A stretch of DNA of 64,000 nucleotides, from NCBI GenBank assembly GCA_013239625.1, contig MU054187.1, forward strand, positions 16,198,941 through 16,262,940. The letters are read 5' to 3'. The translations under genes were made by a program, and so were the position numbers. This DNA is from Lama guanicoe. Its lineage: Eukaryota. The notes beneath the pieces were generated by a model. The model searched no databases. It saw nothing but the letters and a program-made list of their open reading frames with translations, and was not told the DNA's origin. This document shows, one piece after another, positions 27,006-38,545 of the stretch. The first letter of the stretch is position 1. Each line of letters opens with the position of its first letter.

Positions 27006-28616
27006 GGTCTCCTTCTCTACTGTTTCTTATTTCAAAAATGAATGTTTTTTGTTCTTGCTTGCTGAGTTTTTCTTCACCACAAAAAAAGATAACTTTGATA
27101 GTTTATTTTGGGCTATTTTCCTTGAAATTGCATTAAATTTGAAATTATTTTGAAGAAGAAATATTGTTATTATAAATTAATTGTGGCATTAGAATTGTAA
27201 TCATTTTTAGCTGGAAAAAATTAACAATAATTAAATCATAGGACAATTATTTGTTGATATGATGCCAAACAGCTGGTTTAACTTAATTTTTAACACTTAA
27301 ATCTGGTATGCATAATTACTATAGTAATTGGGCTTAATATGCTGATTAAATGTGTGCAATAGAATCATCTGTTTTGACTTTAAAATTGCTTCTGCTGTTG
27401 TTCACCATTTCACAGATCCTGCCATTTTAGCCTGCTTTGAAAACATTTTGTAGGCAGATGACAAGCACCCCTGCATTTAGTTATCAGAAAATTATTTTTC
27501 CCCAGATTCTCTGTGAAGTAAAACAAAAGACCAAATATAAATCATGGGAAATTTCTCTTCCAAAATATTACCATATTTGACTGATATTTGTACTATAGTC
27601 CATAACTAGGAGTTAACACATCAGAAAGAGTTTTTAATAAAGGCCAGTTCGTATCTCACTATAAAATTACAATAAAACTGAGATTTTAAATGTGCTTCTG
27701 TAACAAAATGATTAGAATACGTGGACGCAGCTTATTATGGAACCTGCTATGGCTCTGACTGAAGTCAAGAGACTGATAGATGAGCTTTGCCTATTTGGGT
27801 CTTAAGGGCCTTGAAGTCACTTAGATGGATGACTGCTTAACGAGAACAACATAACATTTTTGTACAGGACAAGAAATCTAGCTCGGCGCCAATAGACTGT
27901 GATGCTTGCCTAAACTCAATATTCAGATCATGACTATTTAATTTATCTGTCAATGACTTGCTCCTGATTTGCATTACACCTACTTGGCATCTCTATGCAG
28001 ACAGTTCAGCATAGCAGGTTCATATTCTAGGTGATGTACGAGTGTTCTGAGCATTTAAGGAACTTTTTTTTTCTAATACTATTTTTATTTTGAGACATTA
28101 TATTTTAATTGATGTGGCTAGAAATTAGATAAGCTGACGTAAGAGATTAAACTCGTAAATATTCCAATAACTTGGCAATTTCAAGATGGTTTAAATTAAG
28201 GTATGGAATTCAAGCACTAAACCAGCACATCAAACAAAAGAGGGTAAGAAAGAGAGATTATTGCAAAAGAGGTCAAATATTCATACAGAAGAATACGCTT
28301 TAAATTTTATTTAATAGACACATATTTATAATTAAACAGAATATAAGGCCATATTCCTATAAACTTCGGAATAATACACTCCTTCTAAGTTATTACAGAA
28401 GTATGTTAAATCATGCATTTCTTATATCCAACAATGTTTGGCAATGTCTTGGATATATGAGGCATGTTTGGTTTTATTTCATTTTAATAATACATGTTTG
28501 AGATTTATTATTAACTTGCTTCCTACTGATACCGTGGATATGTTTAAAAACCTTTGAGAAAACTAAGAACTGGCGTGCAAGATGATGGTTAGGATAATAA
28601 ATTCTGATAGATGCAA

Positions 28617-28988
28617 TAAATAGTCTGCTCAGGCTACCAAAACAAAGTACCAACGATTGGGTGTCTTAAACAACAGTAATGTATCTCACAGCTCTGGAGG
28701 CTGAGAAGTCCAAGATCAAGTTGCAGCAGTTAGTTTATTCAGAGGGCTCGTTGGCTGCCACCAGCTCTCAGTATACTCAGGGGACCTCTGCTTTATGCAC
28801 ACGCAAGGGGAGAGAGATCTCTCTGGTGTCTCCTTTAAGAACATCAGTCCCATCAGACGGGTGCCGCATACACATGAGCTCATTTAACCTTAGTTACCTT
28901 CCATAGCCCCATCTCCAAATAGCATAACACTGAGGATTAGGGCTTTCACCTATTAATTTGAAGGGAAACAAACATTCAGTCCATAAAA
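28617..28988 (-). mobile_element. MaLR LTR (MLT1A-like)
   Basis: tagtctgctcaggct...ttaaacaacag...ctcacagctctggaggctgagaagtccaagatcaag...aacattcagtccataa. Possible degenerate 5-bp TSD tgcaa/tgtaa. Confidence 0.85.
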
Positions 28989-28999
28989 TGTAATAAGAG

Positions 29000-29340
29000 A
29001 TTAGTTGACTAAACCATTCCAAATATACAAGTTTGTAGTAAGCAATGTACCATGTGTTACAGGAGGTTTCAGTAAGTAGTATAAAGATGAACTTGATATG
29101 GTTCTCATCCTGTGGGAGTTTATAGCCCAGTGGAGAAGGCAAATGTGTATAGATCCAATTTTCATATGAGTTGAACTAGATTCTACAAGAGAAATACAAA
29201 GTAAACGTTTTCACTGCACTGAAGAGGGAAAGGCCGGGTTTGCCCGAGGCAGTCAGGAAAGGTTTACTGGCGGTGATGTCACCTCTGTTTGCTCCTAAAG
29301 TTCAAGTGGAAAGAGTATAAAACCCTTATCTAAGAGGATA
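29000..29340 (-). mobile_element. L2 fragment
   Basis: atggttctcatcctgtgggagtttatagcccagtggagaaggca...gtcaggaaaggttt, reverse L2 3' region. Confidence 0.55.
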
Positions 29341-29919
29341 CACCTATGTGGCTGAGATTAAATCCAGTTTAAAAAAGCAAAAAGCACTGCATGTATTTTA
29401 TTTTAGTATGACTCACTACTCTTGCTATTCTGCAAATCAATCAACCTACATACTAGTGGATGCAACTACATGGGTAGGTTGTGGTAGATTTTTTAAGCAT
29501 TTTTTTTATTATTATTTGTGCTTTTATTCTCTTCTCAATACATATTTGATGAAATTTTCTTCATTTTTTTTAACCAAGACATGTTGATAAACTAAATAAG
29601 TTTGTATGTAAGTTATGTACTGTGTAACCATGTACCTACCCTACACACATTGACCATGAGTGGCCTTGACAAATACTATCGAGAAGGCATTGTGGTAGGA
29701 CTATGAGACTATTGCACTAAAATGGTAAATCCCTAAAAATCTAACTCTGAAATTAGTGCGATCTTGGATTGAGAGAGAACTTGTTTTGAAAAATAAATCT
29801 ATTCTTAAAATCCCGCTTACCTTCTTAGTTTATCTATCTGTTAAAGATGAAAATCTAGGAAAAAATTGAGTTATACCCCTTGACCTGCCAGTCCATGATA
29901 TATGCTGTGCATTTTACTT

Positions 29920-30420
29920 TTTCCTTCAATGCAAAATAAATGCATCATCATTGAGAAACTATGTTTAGAAAACAAAGCAAGCATAAAGAAGAAAATTTAA
30001 ATTCCACTAATTCCACTCAGTTGTCACTGAATATTCTCCTAGTTGTTTTCTATGGATGCATATAACGTTTAACACATATAGATTTATTACCAGATTTTAA
30101 TATATATTAACACCTTTTCCTGTCAATATTATTCTGCATCATCAATCAGTTCCACCGTGTCCATGTACCTTAATTTATTTCATTAATTATATAACAGTTA
30201 GACATTTATTTCTATTTTTCTCTATTATAAACAACACTGTAATGAACATGTCTATAATTAAATCTTTCACAGATTATTGTTTAACTTCATAAAATGCATT
30301 TCTGCAAGTGAAACTACTGGACATTTTATTTGCATGTTTGCACATTCACTAAGCACATTTTACAAACTTTAATATAGTTCACAATTGGCCTTTAAAAAGA
30401 CAGTGTTCATGTATGCTATA
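29920..30420 (-). mobile_element. Degraded L1ME fragment
   Basis: atgtaccttaatttatt...ctattataaacaacactgtaatgaacat...aagtgaaactactgg. Confidence 0.55.
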
Positions 30421-32354
30421 CACACAGCATATGAGTGCCTATTCCTCTGAACCTTCACTGGCTTTCAGCATACATATTTCAGGTTGTGTCTATCGGTTGA
30501 AAGAGCTAAATTCCAGTCTTAAAACAAATCTGATGGGTCAAGTATTTGTTGAACTCAATTTAGTTTGGTTTGCTCTCCCTGATTCTGTCTCTGCTCTTCC
30601 AACACCAAATCTACTAGTCAGTTTATAAACTTCAAGAAACACGTTGTTTATTATATGTTTACTATATGTTTGGAAACAGATGTGATAGATATGATGGAGA
30701 AGAAATATTTGCAAACTTAACAACTTTCAAACATGAATTCTTATAAGCCACGGCAAATAACTTGTAAATATCACTTTCTTCCTAATAAAAAGGGATTTAT
30801 ACCCTTTTTCACTTCTACTATAATCTTAATCCTGGCAGAACAAATTACCACCATGGCTGGAAACTAAATAATGATTATGATTTACTTTCAATATTGCCAC
30901 CAAAATTGCAAATAAAAATAAAGTATTGCCACCTTTGGTGGCAAATAAAGCATTCAGTGGTGTTATTATTAAGCCCTATTCTGAGTCTTTCTTGCCTTCC
31001 ATACCATCAGTTGAAATTACTTTGTGTGTAGAAATTAACAGATAAACTGTGACAGGGGTAAGTTGAAAAATGTCCAGCTGCCTCTCAGATAAAAGTCCGA
31101 ACTTAACCATCTACTAATTTAAACATCCTTTACATTTATTTTTTATAAACATCTGGGAAATTGTTAATATCCTATAGAAAGTATGACAGTATCTACAATA
31201 TTTGAATCTTTGTGATGATTCTTCCAGAATTGGTTTAATATGATCTGAGGTGTTCAATTAATATAAGCTCTTCTATTGTTCTGGCTGAATAATGATTTGA
31301 TTTTCCAAGCCTACTAATCCATTATTTTAATTAGCATTAAATTCATAAAAAAAAGAGAAAACCTAAATAGGCTTTAAAAGATCTTAAAAACCGTGAAATA
31401 AATACCACAAATGCAATTATCAGAAGGAAAGACAGTAATAACTCTCATTTGGGTAATAAAGTAGAACTGCTTTCACAGAAAGTAATCAGAGCAATAAACC
31501 CACACTTCAGACGTATTTGGAAGTGTTTGAGTGCCACTTAGATTATTGCCACCTTTATGAAGATACTTGGGAACATAGTTGACAAGGAAGATGTGTATTG
31601 ATTTATTCAGTCCATTCTGCGGAGTTCACCTAGAAGCAGCAATCTAGGGTGAATTAGAAAACACCAAAAGGCTCTCGTGGACAAAAGTAAAAACAAAAAC
31701 AAAAACAAAAAACACTGAATTCCATGTGAATTTTAGGAAAGGCATTAAGAAGAAATTTCTTAATCCAAAGAAGTTATTCCAATGTTGGAGGAATATAAGG
31801 CACCATGGAAGGGTGGTGGAATGGTTCATTTACATATTAAACTATGTTATTGTAGCTATTTATTATCAAGGCAAAAGCATCACAATGTGGAGAATTTGTG
31901 GAAAGAGTAAACACAGCAATAAAGCATTGATAAGTAAATAATTACAATATTAATACTCCCACATGTATTGCTCACATTTATTGTTTTCATTTTCTTGTCA
32001 CCTATTGACTTTTGACTTACATCAATCCCTTATTTGAAAATGTTTTTTTACTTTATACTAACTTATTCTATTATAAATAATGCTAAAATAAACATTATTT
32101 TAGCTAAAGCTCTATGCACATTTTAAATGTTTCTTTTATTTAAGATAAATTCTTAGAATGTTTAGGATAAGTGCATAAATGCATCAGTGAAGCCATAGAA
32201 TAGACAGGTGAGCTTATGAGAAGAAACAGACCTCAGCTTTGCTTGGAGTGTTTAATAGGGATTCCTCATGAATCAAGAGATTGCTGTAGGAAGGGTCCCT
32301 ACTATTAGCGTCACCTGAATCAGGTTGGTGCACAGTCATGTAGAAAAACACTAA

Positions 32355-32450
32355 GTAGGTCAGTTTCCCTATGAAGCAGATGCTAAACTGAAGAATCATG
32401 TGCGGGAGGTTTATTAGGTAGTGCTTTGAGCAATAACACTGAGTGAAACA
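32355..32450 (-). mobile_element. ERVL LTR16-like fragment
   Basis: ttccctatgaagcagatgct...gtgcgggaggtttattaggtagtgct resembles the reverse LTR16 3' end. Confidence 0.5.
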
Positions 32451-33181
32451 AAGGGAAAACAAAAGAATAATGAGGAGTAGTTAAATATAAACACCAATTT
32501 GTATTAGTATTCTGTGGCATTTAAATAATTATTTCACAAATCTCTTCATTTATTAAACAGATTTCTAAATTACAAGGTCCTTAGTATATAATGCAATGTT
32601 CTAAAATCAGCATTCTTTCTAAAGCCATGTCATATTATGGCATACTCATTTGTAAAACAGGAGAAAAAATATCATATTACATTCATGACTTTGAACCTTA
32701 CACATAAATATTAATGAAGAGACTCTTTGTTTCCTTCCATTCAGAGAAAACCAATATTTACTTTAAAGCTACTTACTTAGACAACAGGACACCATCATGT
32801 CACCCTCATCAACCAAAGTGTTTTATTAAGCACGCATAAATACCTTCTTTGAGTATCATCCGACAGGGCTCAAATTCTCTCTCCACGGTAGCGTATGATA
32901 CAGGAGAAATAACAAAAGCACATCCTGCCATGCCCACGACACTATGTTTAAGTACATGCGTCCTTTACACAATGGGACCGTCTACATTTCAGAGCCTGGG
33001 CCAGACCCTTCATCATCATTACTATATTAATACTCAGTGATTGTGCTTTCTACAGATCCTAAATCAGGCTCTGAAAAGCATTGGCCAGGGAATTACTCTT
33101 CTCTGAAATAAAATGGCTAGAAGGGCACTGACCAGTATCTGATGAAATCATCCTCACTCTATGCCCATTGAAAGATTCATG

Positions 33182-33502
33182 TTTTTAAAAAATTGAGACC
33201 TAATTGATGTATAACATTACATTCGTTTCAGATGTACACTTAATGATTCTATATTTGTCATCAAAATAAGTCTCCTTAACACCTGTCATCACACATAATG
33301 ACAACCTTTTTTTCTTGTGATAAGAACTTTTAAGATCTACATCCTCTCTTAGTAACTTGCAAATATACAACATGATACTGTTAACGACAATCACCATGAT
33401 GTATGTTACATCCCCAGGACTTATTTATTCTATAACTGGAAGTTTGTAACTTTTGATCCTCTTCACCCATTTCACTCCCCTCCCACCACTGACAGCCACC
33501 CA
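33182..33502 (-). mobile_element. L1 3' end (L1MA9-like / laurasiatherian)
   Basis: gaacttttaagatctac...caccatgatgtatgttacatccccaggacttatttattctataactggaagtttgta. Confidence 0.85.
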
Positions 33503-33504
33503 CT

Positions 33505-35797
33505 GACTGATTCAGACTTTAACTCTATTTGAGACCTTTTATCCACTGACCATATCAGCTTCTCATTATCTTTCAACTTCCTCCGGGTATCACTAGCCTT
33601 CTCATCTCACACAGATTTCACAATCTATCACTGTCTTCACTTTTTTCCCCAATACTCTCAATTTCCTTGCCCTTTACCCCCATTATTTTCAATGGAGAAA
33701 AGTTCAACCTGGAATGATTCCTACTGGACATCTTTTTGCTAGCATCGTGGACTTGTTATGTAAAAAATTACCAAACCAGCTGCTCTCTGATTTAAATATC
33801 ACATTCCATCAATGGGCATTTCATACTGTTTTTCCTCTTTCTAAATTTCCCCAACGCCTAATATTCCTAAGCCCCTTTCTCCTCTTTTCTTAAATCACCC
33901 ACCCATTCTTCACTCTCACCTAATGTTCCATTCTTGCCTAATATTAGACTGAGAAAATAGCCATCGTCAAATGTGAATTCCCTCATCTCCTCACCACCAA
34001 ATTTAGAAATCTGGCATCTCCAAACATTTTCTTTCTCCTTTCCTCCTACAATGGAGGTAGTATCTGTCTTTACTGTGTCAAATGCCAGTGCCTTCTCCGG
34101 TGCTCTGGGCCATTTCCCACCCTGATCAAGAGCTTTATTACTCTTCTTCTCAAGGATTTCTTTTCCTGGAAGCATGTCCTCTTCTGTTATCAACCTCTAC
34201 TCCCTTCTTGTTCATTCCCATTGTTTTCATAGCATACATCATACCACAATGAACCATGTTCTTTAAAAAAAAAAAAAACTAGCAAGAAAACTGCCCTATA
34301 CTCCTGGCATCCTTTCAAGTCCCATTTCATTTTTCAACTTCCTCTCTAGGTAAAACTTCTTATCTGTGCTGTCTTAATCCCTGACACCATTTCCTTACCT
34401 CTGTTGGCTTTTTGACTCATTGCAACCTGGTTTCCATCTCCACCACATCATCAAACTGTTGTCTCCAAAATACCAATCACCTCTGTGCTGCCAAATTAAA
34501 AGGGACTTTTTCTATCTTAAACTTATTAGAATCTCCTATCAAAAATTGCATGTTGACTCTTCCCTTTTTCTTGAGACTCCTCCCTCCTTGCTTCTATGAC
34601 ACTGTATTTTCCTGTTTTTCCTCTGTCTTTTTTCTCTGTATCTTTTCTTAGTTTCTAGTTCTCTGTCATCCCATAAAAGACCATATTCTGTGGCCATGAA
34701 CCTGGATGCCCTTTTTTAGTTCCTGTGCTCTCTTCCTGATTATTTCATTTAATTCCATAGTTTTAAATGCCATTATATGGTGCTACTCCATAAATTTTTA
34801 TTTCTATGCAAAATCTTTCTTCTGAGCTCTAGATTGATATAGTCAACCTACTATTTAACATTTCCAGTTATATATCTCACCAATATCTCAAGCCTAGCCT
34901 GTTTAAAATGAAACACTTGATTCACAACACTGTTCTACAGTCAATCCACAGAGAGCACTTCCCTTCATTTTAGAAAATGGCAAACATCATATCAATCGTT
35001 CAAGTTGCTGAACTCGGAAACCTAGCAGTCGCACTTTCCCACAGTTCACGTATCCAATTAGCCAAAGTGTCTTCAATTCTGCTTTCTAAATATACCGTAA
35101 GTCCACCCACTTCTTTCCATCAAGTCGCAAGTGTAGTCAACATCATTACTTACCCCTCTTCACAACAGTAATCTTTTGTCATATAAATTGGATTATGACA
35201 CTGCCCAGCATAAAGCCCTTCAACAATTTCCTATTGTACTTATAATAGAAACCTAAATTTTTCCTGGTTCTCCATAAGTATATACTCCCACTTTGAGGGA
35301 ATTTTGGCTTCACCACACCCCGTAAGTAGCCTTCATGATCCACCTCCATCTTGATTTTTACATTCTCTCTCGGCTCGCTCTGCTCCAACCACATGGACTT
35401 TCATTCATTTCCTTAATCCTCTTTCCCACCTTATGGTCTTTTCAAACTATACTAAGAACATTTCCACCCCCTCAGCTGGATTTTTGCATCACTTACTCTA
35501 TCTTACATATGTCTCAGTTTAAATACTGTCTCCCTGTGTGCCTTATCTAGCATATATACCCTCAGTTTATTATCAAACTTAAAATTTATTTGATTAAAAA
35601 ATTATTAAAATTTTAATGTATTCTGGTTTACTTGCTATTGTTTTATTCTTTTTTATCATTTTTCCCGTTAGAGAAATAACTACCCTGTTAAGTATTATGA
35701 GTGAAGCATTTATGTCAGTTCTTTTCAACACAGTAACCACAGTCTCATAATTTCTTACCTTATGTATACCGAGCACTTAATATGAGTTAAATAAATG
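33505..35797 (+). mobile_element. Long L2 LINE remnant (~2.3 kb)
   Basis: Pyrimidine-rich L2 ORF2/3' text (gactgagaaaatag, ctcattgcaacctggtttcc, ccatagttttaaatgcc, cccttcaac...ctattgtactta) ending gcacttaata...aataaatga. Confidence 0.75.
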
Positions 35798-35866
35798 ACT
35801 ATTATCTGAGTGTTATATCTATTTACACTATATTGTAGTTATAATTATTTTATACTATATACTATA

Positions 35867-36227
35867 TGTTTTAGTCCGTTCTGGCTATAACAAAATACCA
35901 TAGATTGGATGAGTTATAAACAACAGAAATTTATTTCTGACACTCCGGGAGGGTGAGAAGTCCCAGATCAAGGCACTGGCAGATTCAGTGTTTGGTGAGA
36001 GTCTGCTGCCTGGTTCACAGCCTGGCACCTCTCACTGTGTCCTCACATAGCGGAAGAGGGCACACAGCTCTCTGGGGCCTCTTTTATAAGGACACTAATC
36101 CCATTCATGAGGGCTCTGCCCTCATGACCTAATCACCTCCTAAAAGCTTCACATCTCAATACCATCATACTGAAAACTAGATTTCAACATATGAATTTGG
36201 GGGAAACACAACATTCAGTGTATAGTA
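35867..36227 (-). mobile_element. Full-length MaLR LTR (MLT1A0-like) with 5-bp TSD CTATA
   Basis: Well-preserved MLT1A text. CTATA at 35862-35866 and 36228-36232. Confidence 0.92.
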
Positions 36228-36699
36228 CTATATACACTGTATATCATTAGTGTTTTCCACAGGATAGAATGTTTCCGCAGTTGGTATATTAGGTGGCACG
36301 TGAGTAATCATGGGTTTTTTATTTCTTATTTTAATAAATACATACAAAATTTTGTATAACTAATTACATTTTATGCAATTATAGTTTAAATAATAAATTG
36401 CACATTATATGCATAAATAATATAATGCAATAAATGAATATTTGGAAAAAAATAGAGATTGCTTCTGAAACCCATGATGTTCTAGGTAGTAGTTATGAGA
36501 TATCACTGTTCTTTGATTTGAAGAAAGATATTAGATAAGTTACAATGTAGGTGAAAAGTAGTCAAGCACACATTTTGAGAGCAGCGCATGTATTTTTAAA
36601 GTGTGGGGACACCAGTTTAGGACAAGCTGAAAACTTGACTCTGTGGTGAATCCACTTGGCTTAGGAGACAGTGGGTAATTAAAGGTCCAGTGCATCTGC

Positions 36700-37535
36700 T
36701 TTGGTAGACTATGTTACTGTGCTCAGGTCTTCACTGCCTCTCTCACTCAGGTCAGGCTTGGCCATGTGACTTGCTTTGAAGAATGAAAAGTGAGCAGAAG
36801 TTATGGGTTTAAAAGAAACTGGAAAGGCCAGAACATGACCACTGTGTTCTCTTTTGACCCTCTGCCCCAGGAACCAGCAATGTTCTGGATGGAGGCTGCT
36901 CCACCAGCCCAAGTCCCAAAGGGACTTTAGCATGAAAGAGCTTGTGAAACACATGAAACTGTGCTCTCCTTCCTCGCTAATAAATTGGCCTGCCACAGTG
37001 TCGGCATGCTGGCAAAAAAACACTGTCTGCTGGGTCGGAGACAAAGGAATTTATTACCCAGAATAATAGCGATAGCAAGACTGTCATGGTTTGCTCAGGT
37101 TTCCTGAGCCTTAATTTTCACAGGGTGACACAAAGAAGACAGGGATGCCTGCATACCCAGTGGGGTGTGTGACAGGAGAGGAACCACTAACCTAGGGAAC
37201 CCGAATATTTTTAATGGCCTGATGTTTGCCCAAGAGAAAGACATCATTATTGTCCTGGACAGTACACAAACCTGCCCTTTTCTCTAGAGACATATCTGTC
37301 TGTCTCTTCAAGGTCGTTAGCTATAGTTCATGAGAAGATAGTTCAGGACAAAAGCAGTCATGCCTGTTTGAAGACATGCAAAAATGAAGAGCTTGTGGAG
37401 AATTCATCACTCAACACAGTCAAACAACAACGGAAAGGCAGTACGAGTGAGAATTAAATCCTTTTTATTGCTAGTCCCTGAGATTTGGGGGTCATTCGTT
37501 ACCCCAGCATAATCTAGACTACTTTGAATACTATA
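36700..37535 (+). mobile_element. MaLR LTR (MLT1H/I-like) split by a nested LTR
   Basis: 5' part caggcttggccatgtgacttgctttg...gaagtt...ggaggctgctccaccagcc; 3' part ctgagatttggggg...gttaccccagcataa. Confidence 0.7.
36943..37416 (-). mobile_element. ERVL-class LTR (MER76/MER77-like, subfamily uncertain) nested in MLT1
   Basis: The minus strand begins TGTTGAG...AATTCTCCA and ends ...TTCACA. Contains aaacctgcccttt and a minus-strand AATAAA. Confidence 0.65.
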
Positions 37536-37691
37536 CCTAGACTTGTTGATTTTACAAGGATCTTTTTATGGGAAGGGACATGAGAGTAGTTTTCTGATAG
37601 AACATTAGGCTCCTTAGCTCTTAACCCTCCTCCTTCTGAGTAGGTTTGGCTCTGGTTTTGAAGCACCAAAACCAGGGAAAATAGTGTAGAT

Positions 37692-38144
37692 CAGGGGATC
37701 TTAAGATGGCATCCTGGAATTTGGAAAAACATTTAACATCTTTATTTTTATGAACTCTAACTGAAATTGAGCCTTTTATTTAGAGAGAATATAGAAAACA
37801 CTACAAAAGTATTAATATTAGCAATATCTGTGTCTTTATCACCAGATATTTTATGTCACATTATAGTTGTTTCATCTATCTTGAAATACCTTTTTATTCA
37901 TGACTACTTTGAAATCATTGCAGCTACTAAACTCACTACTAGATAATATTTAATGTTACTATCTACACACATATATTATTTTATCAAAACTGATTTCTTA
38001 AATAACAATAACAATTTTTACAAAATTGGCTTTCTTGGTAACTTTGTAATGCTTTATGAATTCAAAAAGTTTATTCTGAGAAGTCCATGGCTTCATTAGA
38101 TTATCAGAGGAATAGATGACACACAAAAAGGTTAAGAACCACTG
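37692..38144. mobile_element. hAT-Charlie DNA transposon (Charlie4a-like)
   Basis: Imperfect terminal inverted repeats caggggatcttaa...ttaagaaccactg; internal ttattctgagaagtccatggcttca. Confidence 0.75.
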
Positions 38145-38334
38145 ATAAGAATGGATAAAGTTTTAGATTATTCAAGAATATTTAGTTTTAGGAACTGGAT
38201 TGTTTTTATCTTCTGAATTATAAGAGAAGGCTTCTGAATTTGCATTGAAAGTTTAAAACTGACAAGTGCATTCTGATAAATATTGAAAATTCTGAATTTA
38301 TTTTTGTCAAAAGGACATGGATTTCTTACATATG

Positions 38335-38390
38335 CACGAATATATTAGTAATGAATATTTTCATGAATATATTAGTAATGAATATTGTCA
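38335..38390. repeat. Tandem duplication, 27-bp period, two copies
   Basis: gaatatattagtaatgaatatt at 38338 and 38365. Confidence 0.9.
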
Positions 38391-38404
38391 AAATCATTGA
38401 CAAT

Positions 38405-38545
38405 ATGCTGTGTGAAAAGAATCCTGGATTAGGAATTCAATATTCTGCTTTCCCAGTTCTACCTCTAATAAACTCTGGGCCTCAGGTTCTTCACCTGAGT
38501 TGACTGGGCTACGTGATCTCCAAGGAGTCTTCCAGTTCTATGATT
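38405..38545 (+). mobile_element. MIR3/MIRc fragment
   Basis: ctctgggcctcaggttcttcacctg...gtgatctccaagg..tcttccagttctatgatt. Confidence 0.65.

Noticed and set aside
38335..38390. Short direct repeats as a CRISPR-like array
   Set aside because: Two adjacent copies with no spacers in mammalian DNA; a simple tandem duplication
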